DNA from: an uncultured delta proteobacterium
GTDB taxonomy: Bacteria; Desulfobacterota; RBG-13-43-22
Direction of reading: 5' to 3'
Assembly (NCBI GenBank): GCA_963843145.1
Contig: CAWJJC010000027.1
Span: 96,001-160,000 of the forward strand
DNA: 64,000 bases
Below the pieces are notes generated by a model. The model ran no database searches. It was not told the DNA's origin and saw only the letters and a program-made list of their open reading frames with translations. Shown one piece after another: positions 52,111-63,204 of this stretch. How positions within the stretch are numbered: the first letter of the stretch is position 1; each line of letters opens with the position of its first letter. The position numbers and the translations under genes were made by a program.

Positions 52111-53817
52111 TTAGTCCTCCTTCTGTTGTTCCGTTTTAGTATAAAAAGCCTGTCGTTGATGATAGTATCCAATGGCAAACATCCCTTGATCGTCAAGGCT
52201 TAGATGTGCAGGGAATTTCTCGATGCCCCCCATTATCTCTTCGATCATTTTGTCCGTCCTAAATCCATATTCCGCCTTTTGGAGGTGATGCTGGGCCAAC
52301 CGGAGCAATTGGGGAAATACAACGCTCGGAGTCGCCGATGCCGATCCGTAAAAGCGATCCTTGATGGTTGTATTGGCACCGGGGATGGCGTCCTTCTGCG
52401 CTTTCTCCAAAACGGCGAACAGCCTCCCTAATCGGTAAGCGACGTTTGGGGATTCCTTATCCAAAGCCATACTGACCTCCTCTTTGTTTTGATGGATGCG
52501 ACTTTTTCGATTTAAAAAGGCCTTGATCATGGCGGCCCGCATATAGTTAATGTTTTGATCAGCCCTGATCCTTCCTATGAGGATCGAAAGCAAACTTTGT
52601 GGATAAGCGCTCCCGGTTATGATGGCCCGCATCAAAACGCCGCCGAGAAGCGGCGGGATATTATCTGTCTTTCTTTGAACTGCGGTCTCTTTTAAAAGCC
52701 ACCATATCCCTGGAAACTCAGGTTCTTTTTCACTTCGGACGATAGCCAAGTCCCGAAAATGTTGTCCAATCCTGTTGCTGATCTCTCCTACGGTGCTTAC
52801 ATGCCAGAAACGGACGGAAAGCCGTGAAGCATTCGGAGATAACCCCAGAATATAGAAGTTGAGATCAGGATCATCGATACCTGGGGGCTGCTTCCCGTCT
52901 CGAACCGCTTCTAAGAAAAGTCGCACATCGGCTAAATCCCCTGAATCATCTCTAGGGTCGAGGATCATTCCCATAAAACCTTCAATGGGGGACTCCCGCT
53001 CGGTCCAAAAGACCGTCGTGGCATCTCCGATACGAATTTTTTGACGACTCTCGAACCGGAGCAGATAATTAAGGGCCGTGGTATAGGCGAAGGCAGTATC
53101 TTCCCCTATAGGCGCATTGAAATTTTGAACTTTCTCGTACGACAAAAAGGCGTCTAAATTAAAAGATACAATGCCTGCCCCGGTAGATTGTGCACCCTGT
53201 ACACCTTTAATCGCCGGATGCAAGCGAGCTATCGGTGCCGGTTCCCCCTTGATCAGACAAGTGGAGATCGTCTTGGATGAATTTGCCGCACAGTATTTAA
53301 TCCAGGCATCCCTGACCAAAGGGCGATCATGGATATATTCTAATTCTCCATCCAGTTGAAAAACAAGATTTGCACCGGACATTTCACCCCAATGTTCAAG
53401 GAACTTTTCCTCCTCAGGATGCCATGATTCAAGAAAACAGATAACCGCCTTCAGACCGCGATCAGATATTCCTTTTCCTATTTCCTGGTGTAATTTCTTA
53501 AAAGCCGCAAAACATTTTTTAGTTCGGTCATTTTTTCCTTTGGTATCCCACCCTAAGACATATCCCGTATTGTCCCACATGAAATTGGGTGTAATATCCA
53601 CCGCACGTTTTTTCCCTATCATTGGAACGGTAAGAGAAGCGGGTATTGTTTCGTTGTTTGCCTTTTCCCGGAGATCCTTGACTTGAACAACTTCCCCATC
53701 ATCGTTAAGAACCACGACAAAATGTATCCTCTGGCTACCAAATCCAAAAAGAGGGATTTTGGTTTCTGGGTTATCCTTTAACCTCTCATAATACTGATTC
53801 AGCGCTTGTAGTATCAC
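52111..53817 (-). CDS. cas8c: type I-C Cas8c/Csd1
   Basis: [51 protein letters not shown]. Confidence 0.95.
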   Translation of the reverse strand: MILQALNQYYERLKDNPETKIPLFGFGSQRIHFVVVLNDDGEVVQVKDLREKANNETIPASLTVPMIGKKRAVDITPNFMWDNTGYVLGWDTKGKNDRTKKCFAAFKKLHQEIGKGISDRGLKAVICFLESWHPEEEKFLEHWGEMSGANLVFQLDGELEYIHDRPLVRDAWIKYCAANSSKTISTCLIKGEPAPIARLHPAIKGVQGAQSTGAGIVSFNLDAFLSYEKVQNFNAPIGEDTAFAYTTALNYLLRFESRQKIRIGDATTVFWTERESPIEGFMGMILDPRDDSGDLADVRLFLEAVRDGKQPPGIDDPDLNFYILGLSPNASRLSVRFWHVSTVGEISNRIGQHFRDLAIVRSEKEPEFPGIWWLLKETAVQRKTDNIPPLLGGVLMRAIITGSAYPQSLLSILIGRIRADQNINYMRAAMIKAFLNRKSRIHQNKEEVSMALDKESPNVAYRLGRLFAVLEKAQKDAIPGANTTIKDRFYGSASATPSVVFPQLLRLAQHHLQKAEYGFRTDKMIEEIMGGIEKFPAHLSLDDQGMFAIGYYHQRQAFYTKTEQQKED

Positions 53818-54467
53818 CTCTTCACCTCCTCTCCATTTAAGGTGGGTATTTCAATTATTCCCTCCCTCATAACCGCTCTGAAGAACTTGGCCTCCATTTT
53901 ATTATCAAAATCAATGTCGTGCAGCATCCAACCCAAATCCTTCTCCCCCTGATGCACAGACGGCGGCACATCCTCCGCCGCCTCAAACTGGGCCGGGAAC
54001 TCCCGGCAGCCCAGATAAGGTCGATGGAAACACTGCCCCTTGGCGGCCCGGCGGTCGAACATCTCCTTATGCTTGGCCGGGTTGTTGTCTTCCGAACCGC
54101 TGAAATCGAAATGGGCGTCGATGACATAAGCAACATCTCGCAGGATCATGGCGGCCCGCTGCTGCCGATCTTCTTCAATGAAAACCTCAACGGGGGATCG
54201 GCCATCTTTCATCGCTTTTTTAACCGTTCCGACACCCAATTTACCAGCCAATTCATTCCGCCGAATGTTGTCGAAACGGATCGGATTAAGCACATGGATT
54301 CGATCAATCACCCATTGAATAGCCGGTTTCCAGTAAATGGCCTCCAGCACCCCCCGGGCCGCCGAAGGGGTCATCACATCATAACTGACTCGTTCCACTT
54401 TCATCTCGGGGCGGGTAAAACAAGCGTAATTACCCCATACCTTCAATTTAATTCCGTAAGCCATCAT
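53814..54467 (-). CDS. cas5c: type I-C Cas5/Cas5d
   Basis: [41 protein letters not shown]. Confidence 0.96.
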   Translation of the reverse strand: MMAYGIKLKVWGNYACFTRPEMKVERVSYDVMTPSAARGVLEAIYWKPAIQWVIDRIHVLNPIRFDNIRRNELAGKLGVGTVKKAMKDGRSPVEVFIEEDRQQRAAMILRDVAYVIDAHFDFSGSEDNNPAKHKEMFDRRAAKGQCFHRPYLGCREFPAQFEAAEDVPPSVHQGEKDLGWMLHDIDFDNKMEAKFFRAVMREGIIEIPTLNGEEVKR

Positions 54468-54514
54468 CTCACCTCCCTTCTCTCGTCATTTTTGGATTAG
54501 ACTCCCTTAAGGAG

Positions 54515-56711
54515 CTAAACCATGAGTGATTCCACCTCATGAAAGGATGGATCCTCCGGGCATAGTCCCAGATCCTTCCGATAAATATCTTTGTTGGTCA
54601 ATATGTTGTATCGTTCGTGAATACGTTCAACCGCTCCCCCGTTTAATAAATCATAAAAAGTCCTCGGCGGAACCTGGATGGTGAACCGTTGTGCTTTACG
54701 AGCCGTTGCTCCAGGGTATTCCGTATATCGAATCTCCCTTATCAGGGAATCCGCCTCCTCATTCCAGGGAATGACAATGGATTCCATGTAATCCTGAATG
54801 ATTTTAAACTTCTGGGCGATTGTCCTAAACGGATAATCTCCAGTCCGGTTCCCGTCTAAAATCATTTTAAGAATCTGAAACTCATCTAAATATTCCCCCT
54901 TCTGCCAATAAAGAATCTGGAAATATTCTTCCACTGCCTTAAGACCTAGGGGATCTTGCTGATGCCGCATAACCTCCTGAGCGGTCTGAGCCGTTTGCCG
55001 GAAATATCCCGGCGGCAAACCGGACTCCGGGGTAAAAATGAAAACTTGTCCCATTCCCGGCAATAATCCTTCTCGATTACAGCGCCCGGCAGCCTGAGCT
55101 ATTGAATCGATGCCGGCAATGGCCCGGAATACAACCGGGAAGTCGATATCCACCCCGGCCTCAATCAACTGAGTACTGACTACCCGGCATGGCTCACCGA
55201 TTTTCAGGGTTTGGCGGATTTTTTTAAGGATTGCGGTTCGATGCGCCGGGCACATCAAGGCGCTCAAATGGAACACGCCCCCTTCCTGGCGAATCAACTC
55301 AAAGGTCTCCCGGGCCTGCCTTCGGGTATTGCAAATGGTGAGGACTTGCTTATATTCAAGAAGCATGTTGGCCAGGGCTTGATTACTCAATGTCGGCAGG
55401 TACTCCACTCTTCACCTTCTTAAAGGTTTGATAAAGGAAAACCGGATCGGGAATGATTTCCCGGATGCCCTCCAAGCCATCTCTAAATTCCGAAGACTTG
55501 CCCAAGGCCGGCTGAGTGGCTGTACACAAGACAATCGTTGTGCAATAAATAGTCGATAATTCCTTTATCGCTTCCAGGCATGGCTTTAAGAGCGGGACCG
55601 GAAGCATCTGGGCCTCATCCAGAATCACCACGCTTTGGGCGATATTATGCAATTTCCTGCACCGGGAAGAGCGCACAGAAAAAAGGGATTCGAAAAACTG
55701 GACGTTCGTAGTGACGATGACCGGGGCATCCCAATTTTCGGAAGCCAAACTTGACCAGCGGTCTTCTTCCGGAGGATCGAAGTTGGAGTGGTGCTCAATT
55801 ACGGCGTTTTCTCCAAGTGCTCTTCGAAAAATATCCGCGTTTTGTTCTATGATGCTGGTGTAAGGGATGACATAGATAACTCTTTTCAGATTATATTTAA
55901 TGGCATGCCTGAAAGCAAAGGCCAAGGAAGAAAGGGTTTTCCCTCCCCCGGTGGGTACAGTCAGGGAAAAAAGGCCGGGTTCCAATTCGGCTGCCTTCAG
56001 ACAGTTTTCGAATATACCCTTCCTCTCCTCGTTAACTTTGGTTGGGGAGGCCCGATTGACCAGGTCATCTATAAAGATCTGCAAATTCCTTTCCAAGACC
56101 TCCAGGGAAGGGTAACCTTGTCGCCAGGAGGATTTATCCGGTTCAAGAAATTTTTCGGTATCCAGGAAATCAGCATCGACCAGACAGGAGTAAACCATCC
56201 GGGTCAAGAATGAAAGCTGGAAAGAAAATCTTTTTTGGTCTGAGAGGGCAAACGGAGGCTTCAAGGCCAACTTCTTTTGAAGCAGCGCAATAGGGGCGCT
56301 GGAATAATCCGGGATCTTTTTCTGCAAACGGCTGTAGAGACAGGAGACATCATTCGTTTTCCCGTCCGGAAGTCCGGCATGATGGCCGGCTATGGCGTAG
56401 GAGATGAGTTTCCCCATTTCATTGAAAATGGATGAAGCATGTTGAGCCCCTGCCGTGGAGTGATCAGGTCGACCAGGCTTGGCTTCGATATGGGCCTCCG
56501 GATCGTTCATGGTAAGCAGACGGTTCTGAAACTCGCATGAATACTTCCCTAAGTCATGCCACAACCCCGCCAAATAAGCCCAATCGCCCCCCTTAAAAGG
56601 TTCAGCAAACTTCCGAGCCCTCTCGGCCACATTTTTTAGATGGTCCTCCAGCGGCTGCCACTCCTCCGGCGGCCGGCCGGGCAGGCTGTGGGCATAGATT
56701 TTTTGGGGCAT
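54515..56711 (-). CDS. cas3: Cas3 HD-nuclease/helicase (frameshift near 55410)
   Basis: HDLGK, HHAGL, DADFLDT, PTGGGKT, DEAQ, TAT, STQLIEAGVDID, QAAGRCNREG. Confidence 0.95.
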
Positions 56712-57084
56712 AGTTGGTCCCTTCACTTTTGAGGTTTCCCGGCCCAACGGTTCGCGGGACGTCTGGGCTACATACCCCCCCTACCCTCCCTCACCCGCCA
56801 TCCTGGATCCTCCCGATTTACTGCCTGCCGGGGCAGGCTTATCGAGTCCAGGAGGGAGAATAAAGGAGATGATTCCCCCTCACCCCAGCCCTCTCCCGCA
56901 GCGGGGAGAGGGAGGTTAGCAGTCGGGTGGTATCCAAGCCTACAAGAAAGCCATATATCATCGGGTTTTGTCAGATACGGACAAACCTCATTGAAAAAAT
57001 TCCCAGGTGGATTTATTTTTTGGCCTTTCTTCCGGAAAGGCCCAAGAAATCCGGGCCATCCTGTTAATCCTGTCAGACCGTTTT

Positions 57085-57630
57085 TTCTTCTTTTCCTCCT
57101 ATATCCCATCTGTTTTTCTCTCAAGCCGAACCCAATTTTCTTCCTGGGCTTCTCCGGCGGGGCCATCAGTGCCCGGATGGCGTCGAAAACCACTTTAAAA
57201 TTATCGTCGTATTTTCGTTCCATCTGGGCCAGCTTCTGTTTTAACTCCTCGTGGCTGTTCAGAATCTCCCTTAATCTGGTAAAGGTCCTCATGATTTGGA
57301 TGTTCACCATGATGGCCCGCTCGCTGTTAAGGACGCTGGATAGCATGGCCACCCCGTTTTCGGTGAACGCATAAGGTAAGTACTTGTAATGCTGACCTCT
57401 CTTTAAGGTCACAAATTGTGACCTTAAAAGTCCTTCCGCTTCTTCCTTGGTTAATGGAACATGAAATCTTCCGGAAACCGGTTTAAATTCCTTTTGACGG
57501 CCTGATTTAGAGCCTTGGTTTCCACCTGGTAAAGATCCGCCAAATTTGATCCAACATCACTTTTTTCCCCCGGATCAACAGAATTTTACTCTCGATCAAT
57601 TCCGGAGGCAGAATATCTAATTTTTTCCAA
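57085..57630 (-). CDS. ORF6N-domain DNA-binding protein (frameshifted), copy 1
   Basis: [66 protein letters not shown]; 3-prime end approximate. Confidence 0.85.
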
Positions 57631-57644
57631 CTGGGGTTCTCCTT

Positions 57645-57708
57645 TCAAGGCTGCCATTCTCTCCGGCGGGCGGCCGGGGAGGCTGTGAACAAATAGTTTT
57701 TCAGGCAT
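57645..57708 (-). pseudogene. stub duplicating the 5-prime end of cas3
   Basis: MPEKLFVHSLPGRPPE(E)WQP-stop versus cas3 MPQKIYAHSLPGRPPEEWQP. Confidence 0.75.
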
Positions 57709-57964
57709 GGGCTGCTCCTTAGCCGGCAGGCGGGGTCGCCTGCCCTACGGGACTGGATCCCCCCGGCTTACAACCTGCCGGGGCAGGCTTATCGAGTCCG
57801 GGATGACGGAAAAAGACGGGTTCCCCCCCCCTGACCCTCTCCCCCGCAGGGAAGGGAGAAAAGGGAAGGATTTGGTCTTTCTTCCGGAAAGACCCAAAAT
57901 ATCCCGTCCATCCTGCAGATCCTGTCAGGCTTTCTTTTCCTCTCCCCTTCGTTTATACACGGCC

Positions 57965-58468
57965 TTAGGCTCCTTCAGGTTGAAACCGATTTTCTTTTTG
58001 GGCTTCTCCGGCGGCGGCCATCAGTGCCCGGATGGCTTCGAAAACCACCTTGAAGTTGTCGTCGTATTTCTTTTCCAGGGCATCCAGTTTGCGGGCCAGG
58101 TCTTTATGAGAAGCGACCATCTCCCTGAGTTTAACGAAGGCCCGCATGATCTGGATGTTGACCTCAATCGCCCGGTCGCTGTTAAGAACTGAGGAAAGCA
58201 TGGCAACCCCTTGTTCCGTGAACGCGAAAACGTTTTTGGAGTGTTTGATTTTTGAACTGATCGCAATTTGTGATATTTCCGAATCTCCTCCCGGGTCAAA
58301 TGAAACATAAAATCCTCTGGAAACCTCTTGCGATTCCGTTTCACTGCCTGATTTAAGACCGGGTTTCAACGGAATAAAGCTCGGCAAGGTCCCCGTCCAA
58401 TATCACTTTTTGACCGCGAATCATTAAAATTTTTTTTCCACTAATTCAACGGGTACCAAGGGTTCCAT
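57965..58468 (-). CDS. ORF6N-domain protein (frameshifted), copy 2
   Basis: [70 protein letters not shown]. Confidence 0.82.
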
Positions 58469-58504
58469 AATTTCTCCTTAGGGCCATAATCTCGACCACA
58501 TTTC

Positions 58505-58600
58505 TCAAATGCTCCTCCAGCGTTCCGTAAGAGCAAATGGCAAATACCTGCGGCTTCCATGTTGAATCTTTGAGGTCACAAATTGTGACCTTAAAAGTCC
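58505..58600 (-). pseudogene. ORF6N internal fragment, copy 3
   Basis: LRSQFVTSKIQHGSRRYLPFALTE. Confidence 0.7.
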
Positions 58601-58646
58601 TCCCGGGTAAGGTTTATCGAATCCGGGAGGACGGAAAAAGACGTTT

Positions 58647-58690
58647 CCCCCCTCACCCCGGCCCTCTCCCCCAGTGGGGAAGAGGGGGTA
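58647..58690. repeat. CCCCCTCACCCC..CCCTCTCCC..GGGAGAGGG palindromic repeat
   Basis: Copies at 56876-56912 and about 57825-57860. Confidence 0.7.
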
Positions 58691-58814
58691 TAATGGAAGT
58701 TTAATAACATACCATATTGCCACTACCCTGGCAGTCTGGTCATATTTTTTTAAGGGTGCCGGAAAAATAATCCGCTGGTTTTGACGGTTCAATTTTCAAG
58801 AAGTCTAAAAACCC

Positions 58815-58913
58815 GTCATTGCGACCCCGGGCTTGATCCGGGGGAAGCAATCCCCAATTAGGGAACTGGCTGATAGTTGGGGATTGCTTCGTCGCTTCAC
58901 TCCTCGCAATGAC
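58815..58913. repeat. REP family A copy
   Basis: GTCATTGCGACCCCGG...GCAATCCCC...GGGGATTGC...CTCGCAATGAC. Confidence 0.85.
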
Positions 58914-59331
58914 AGGTCGAAGGACTTTTTGCGAGTCCGGCATATTTCTTTAAGGATGATATCGATTGGCTCTTTGGACTCGACGCCGGAAGGGAGCGGT
59001 TGGACGAAAGGAAACGGTTCATCCGGAGATTGACTCCTGGTCCTGGAAAACGCAAGAAATCGGATGGTTCACTTCTTTACTCCCAATGACAGGGGGTTGG
59101 TTAATTTAACCTGTTTCCAGAGGTTAAAACTTTAAGCGATCCGATTGTTTCTCGATTGAATATATGGGGGAGATTTCCCTTCCCATATCACGAACGAATG
59201 GGAATGGCAAGAAGTTCGATGGGCAGTAGGGCGCTTTTCCTACAAATTAGTTTGAGAACGACGGCGGAAGAGAACGTGTTGTTTTCAGTCGGCAGCGGGG
59301 GAATCGAATTAAACCGACAAATTAAAAACGC

Positions 59332-59448
59332 GGATGGTTCCGCCAAAAAAGAAGCAATCCCCACCTCTGGAGGTAGCTGATCAGGGGGGATTGCTTCGTC
59401 GTTTCACTCCTCGCAATGACAAACCGGGGACTTTTGGCGGACTTATCT
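59332..59448. repeat. partial REP family A in inverted flanks, overlapping the acyl-CoA synthetase stop codon
   Basis: GATGGTTCCGCCAAAAA...CTTTTGGCGGACTTATC. Confidence 0.65.
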
Positions 59449-61335
59449 TTTTTCTTCCGGTCTCTCTAAAATCACCTGGTAATGGATGGTATAACGGGCC
59501 AGGATTTCGGCGACCCGCTTCTCCAGGGTTTCCCGATCCGTTCCGGGTGCCGGTTGAATCCGAATAGTCGCCGAGGTGCCGTGGATCTTATCTTCGGTCA
59601 CGGAGACTTCCAGGGAAACGGCCAAAGGCCCCAGGGCCTTTAATTCCCGGGCGTAGACCCGTCGGATGGCATCCCAACGCAGGGCCGGCTTGAAGACCTT
59701 GCCCACGGCGGTCAGGGGAATTTGATCGACAATGAAGATTTCCTTGGGTATGGCGGCCTTCTCCCCGATATGCGCCCGGGACCAGTCCATGATCTCTTCC
59801 GGAGTTAGAGAAGTCTGCTCCGAGAGTTCTACATAGGCCACCGGGACCTCCCCGGCATGGGGATCGGGCCGGCCGACGGCGGCCGCCAGTTTGACGCCCT
59901 TCAGCCGGAAGAGCGGTTCTTCGATGGCGCCGGGATCGATATTATGCCCGCCGCGAATAATCAGGTCCTTCTTCCTGCCGGTCAGCCAGAAATAGCCGTC
60001 CTCATCCTGCCGTCCCAGGTCCCCGGTATTGAACCAGCCTTCCTGAATCCAGATCCCTCGGTTATGGATCTCTTCCACGTAGCCCTTGAAAACGGTCGGT
60101 CCCTGGATGCAAACCGCTCCGATCTCTCCCGGGGCGGCATCCCGGAGATAGCGGCCTTCCGGATCTTGGAGGGCGATCTTCATCTGCTGGTAGGGCAAGC
60201 GCAGCCCAATGCTGCCGACCTTCCGCTCCCCGTCCTTGGGGTTGACGGCCGAGGCGCAGGTCGATTCGGTCAAGCCGTAACCCTCCAGGATCTTCATGCC
60301 CGAATGTTGCTCGAAGCGTCGGAAGAGCTCCACACTTAAGGGTGCGGCCCCGCAGATCACATAGCGCAGGGAGGAGATATCGGCGCCGGCCACCGGGGTA
60401 TCCAGGAGCACGGAGAGGACCGTGGGCACACAGGAGAAAAAGACCGGCCGGTAGCGCTCCACGATCCGGTAAAAGTTCTTCATGATCGCCGGGTCCCGGA
60501 AGCCGGCCGGCGAGAGCAGCACCACCTCGGCGCCGATGGAAAAAGGGGCCAGACCGGTGACGCAGGTCCCGTTGCAATGGAACAGGGGCAGCCCGCAGAG
60601 GGCCCCCTCGCCCGGCTGCAAGCCGTTGGCCGCCCGGAGGTCCCAAGCCAGCACCGCCTCGTTAAAGTGACTGCGACGGGCTAATTTCGGCCGGCCGGTG
60701 GTCCCTCCGGTATGATAAAGGGAAGCAATGTCTTCCGGGTCGATGACCCGCTTGAAGATCAACGATTCGCTGGGATAGGACTCCAGGCGTTCTTCATAGC
60801 CGATGATCCCTTCCGCTTCCCGGCCCGGTCCCATAACCTGGACCACCTGTTTCAGGGTGGGAATCTCCTTCCGGATGGCCTCGACCTTGGCCCAGATATC
60901 CGACCCCGGGACCGGTCCCAAGGCGACCAGAACCTTGGTGCCCGCGGCCTGGCAGATATCCCGGATGGTAGCCGCCTCCAGCAGCGGATTGACCGGGTTG
61001 GCGATGCCGACCGCCTCCCCGCCCCAGAGGACGAAATGGGTCTGGGGAAGGTTTGGCAGGAGGTAGGTGACCACCTCTTGCGGGCCGACGCCCAGATCGT
61101 GGAATAAATTGGCGGTCTGCCGGATCTTGCCCATGAAATCCCGGTAAGTGAAGCGGACCGGAGTCTCCCAGGCCTCGCCGCTTTTCAGAAAAGTCAGGGC
61201 CATAGCATTGGGATTGATATAGGCGCCCTTTTCCAAAAGGTCGTAAGTATTCTTTTCCCGGATTCGTTCCTCAAGGGGGACCTTTTCCAGGGCTTCAATA
61301 TCCGCCAGATTTTCGATTTTGTAGACTGTTTCCAT
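59443..61335 (-). CDS. acyl-CoA synthetase (AMP-forming)
   Basis: YHTGGTTGRPK, EGYGLTE, WFNTGDLG, IIRGGHNIDP, LTAVGKVFKPALR; RBS GAGG before ATG 61335. Confidence 0.92.
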   Translation of the reverse strand: METVYKIENLADIEALEKVPLEERIREKNTYDLLEKGAYINPNAMALTFLKSGEAWETPVRFTYRDFMGKIRQTANLFHDLGVGPQEVVTYLLPNLPQTHFVLWGGEAVGIANPVNPLLEAATIRDICQAAGTKVLVALGPVPGSDIWAKVEAIRKEIPTLKQVVQVMGPGREAEGIIGYEERLESYPSESLIFKRVIDPEDIASLYHTGGTTGRPKLARRSHFNEAVLAWDLRAANGLQPGEGALCGLPLFHCNGTCVTGLAPFSIGAEVVLLSPAGFRDPAIMKNFYRIVERYRPVFFSCVPTVLSVLLDTPVAGADISSLRYVICGAAPLSVELFRRFEQHSGMKILEGYGLTESTCASAVNPKDGERKVGSIGLRLPYQQMKIALQDPEGRYLRDAAPGEIGAVCIQGPTVFKGYVEEIHNRGIWIQEGWFNTGDLGRQDEDGYFWLTGRKKDLIIRGGHNIDPGAIEEPLFRLKGVKLAAAVGRPDPHAGEVPVAYVELSEQTSLTPEEIMDWSRAHIGEKAAIPKEIFIVDQIPLTAVGKVFKPALRWDAIRRVYARELKALGPLAVSLEVSVTEDKIHGTSATIRIQPAPGTDRETLEKRVAEILARYTIHYQVILERPEEKR

Positions 61336-61359
61336 AAAGTTCACCTCAGGGATTGTATG

Positions 61360-61620
61360 AAAATAGAATCGACTGCCGCTTTTTATAGCCCTCATTTTTT
61401 TGCCGTCATGCCGGACTTGATAAGCCTGCCCCGGCGGGTAGTAAGCCGGGGGCATCCAGGCCCTTTGAGGCTTAGCCGAGGACTGGATTCCGGATCACGC
61501 TTCGCTTGTCCGGAATGACGAATCTTGATCAAGCCTTTTTTCATGCTACAGGGTGTCCACGCCGGGTGTGGAGGTCGCCTCCGCTGAGCCGGCCGGCGGG
61601 GTCGCCGGCCCTACGAAAAA
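61360..61620. repeat. REP family B composite repeat
   Basis: AATAGAATCGA, GTCATGCCGG...CTGGATTCCGG...CCGGAATGACGAATCTTG, TTTTCATGC module. Confidence 0.8.
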
Positions 61621-61633
61621 CTCGAAAAAGGAA

Positions 61634-62764
61634 TCAATTCAAGGTTGTCAGATAAACAAAGGCCCCCTTTTTAACCGTCAGGATCACCGCGGACTTGACC
61701 GCGTTCCCATCAGTCCCCAGATCCATAACCCCGGAGACGGCCGGAAACCTTCGGGTTTGGGTCAGGGCCAGCCGGACCTTCTCTCCTTCCACGGACTTGG
61801 CCCGTTCCATGGCGTCCAGCAACACGAAGTAGGCATCGGCCCCCAGAGCGTGAAAGGCGGTGACGTCCTTTTCCCGCGGATATTTCTTGCTGAAGTTTTT
61901 AATGAACTCCTTGGCCAGAGGGGTGGCCGCCCCCTGGGTATGAAAATGGCCGATAAAGTGCATCCCTTCGACGGCCGAGCCGCCGATCTGGATCAACTCC
62001 GGGGTCTGAGCTCCGTCCGAGCCGAAGATCGGGACGTTCAACCCCAGTTCCTTGGCCTGGCGGGCGATCAAGGCGTCTTCGGTGTAGTAGTTGGGAATGA
62101 AGAGCACGTCCGGCTTGGCGTCCAGGATAGTGGACAATTGGGCCGAAAAGTCCTGGTCTCCCCCCTGACAAAAGCTTTCGGCCACGATCTTTCCGCCCAT
62201 TTTGATGAAGGCTTTTTTGAAAAACTCGGCCAGCCCCACACAGTAATCCTGGGATTTATCGGTCAGCACCGCGGCCCGACGGGCCTTGAGATTCGTGAAG
62301 GCAAATTTGGCCGCGGCCTCGCCCTGAAAGGTATCCAGAAAACAGACCCGAAAGACATATTTTTTCCCCTGGGTGACCAAGGGGTTGGTGGCCGTGGGAG
62401 AAACCATGGGGACCCGGGCTTTCTCGGCGATGGGCCCGCCGGCCAGGGTGTTGCCGCTGATGGCCTCACCGATGATGGCCGAAACCTTGTTTTTTTCGAC
62501 CAGTCGGCTGACCGCGTTGGCCGCCTCGATCCTGTCGCCCTTGGTATCGACCAAGAACAATTCCACTTTCTTGCCCAGGACTTTGGGCCTCATGGCATTG
62601 GCCGTCTGGATCCCGGCCCATTCCATCTGGCCGAAGGAGGCCACTCCGCCGGTCATGGGCAGATAGACCCCGATCCGAACGGAGTCCTGGGCAAAGGACA
62701 TGGAAGACGTCAGTCCCCAGAGAACCCCTATGGTCAAGATCAAGCCCATCCACTTTTTTATCAT
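61634..62764 (-). CDS. Liv-type ABC substrate-binding protein
   Basis: Signal peptide, VRIGVYLPMTG, FRVCFLD..QG, DFSAQL; RBS AGGAGG. Confidence 0.9.
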   Translation of the reverse strand: MIKKWMGLILTIGVLWGLTSSMSFAQDSVRIGVYLPMTGGVASFGQMEWAGIQTANAMRPKVLGKKVELFLVDTKGDRIEAANAVSRLVEKNKVSAIIGEAISGNTLAGGPIAEKARVPMVSPTATNPLVTQGKKYVFRVCFLDTFQGEAAAKFAFTNLKARRAAVLTDKSQDYCVGLAEFFKKAFIKMGGKIVAESFCQGGDQDFSAQLSTILDAKPDVLFIPNYYTEDALIARQAKELGLNVPIFGSDGAQTPELIQIGGSAVEGMHFIGHFHTQGAATPLAKEFIKNFSKKYPREKDVTAFHALGADAYFVLLDAMERAKSVEGEKVRLALTQTRRFPAVSGVMDLGTDGNAVKSAVILTVKKGAFVYLTTLN

Positions 62765-62783
62765 AGTCCGCCTCCTTAATACG

Positions 62784-63200
62784 AAAATAGAATCGAACAC
62801 CGCTTTTAAGGCCTTTCCCCTGAGTAGTCATACCGGACTCGATCCGGTATCCAGGATATCCGAAGCTTATCCGAGGCTGGATTCCGGATCGCGTCACGCC
62901 GGCGGCGTGACTTATCCGGAATGACGAATCTTGGTCAAGCCTTGTTTTCATGCCTTGGGGTGACCGCCCCGGGCATGGGGGTTTAGTATGTAAATAAGCC
63001 GTTATGGCCTGCAAAAAGGCCAATAATCAATAATCAATTGACAATTGACAATTGACAATTGATTATTGATTATTAATGTCAACCAGTTATGATTATGTCT
63101 GCCCCTTATTTTCATGCTTCGAGGTGCCCGTCCTCGGTGTGGGTGCCGCACCCGCTGAGCCAGAAGGCGGGGATGCCTGACCTACGGAAAATTTCATGAA
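62784..63200. repeat. stack of REP family B, TTTTCATGC modules and heptamer-periodic element
   Basis: 62828-62925 palindrome; 63022-63075 CAATAAT/CAATTGA periodic inverted tract. Confidence 0.8.
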
Positions 63201-63204
63201 CGGG

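Noticed and set aside
48176-56711. Split cas1, cas4, cas7 and cas3 as evidence of an inactivated or programmed-frameshift CRISPR system
   Set aside because: Each break is a single extra base, and similar indels hit many unrelated genes (cytochrome, ligase, FG-GAP, Phd). Long-read consensus error is the simplest explanation; short-read polishing would decide.
62655-62680. VYLPMTG in the solute-binding protein as another LPL tag
   Set aside because: It is the normal first beta-strand of Liv-type binding proteins.
61553-62779. Long antisense ORFs (also 2412..3386, 30988..32031, 44136..45152)
   Set aside because: They are shadows of well-supported genes on the opposite strand in GC-rich DNA.
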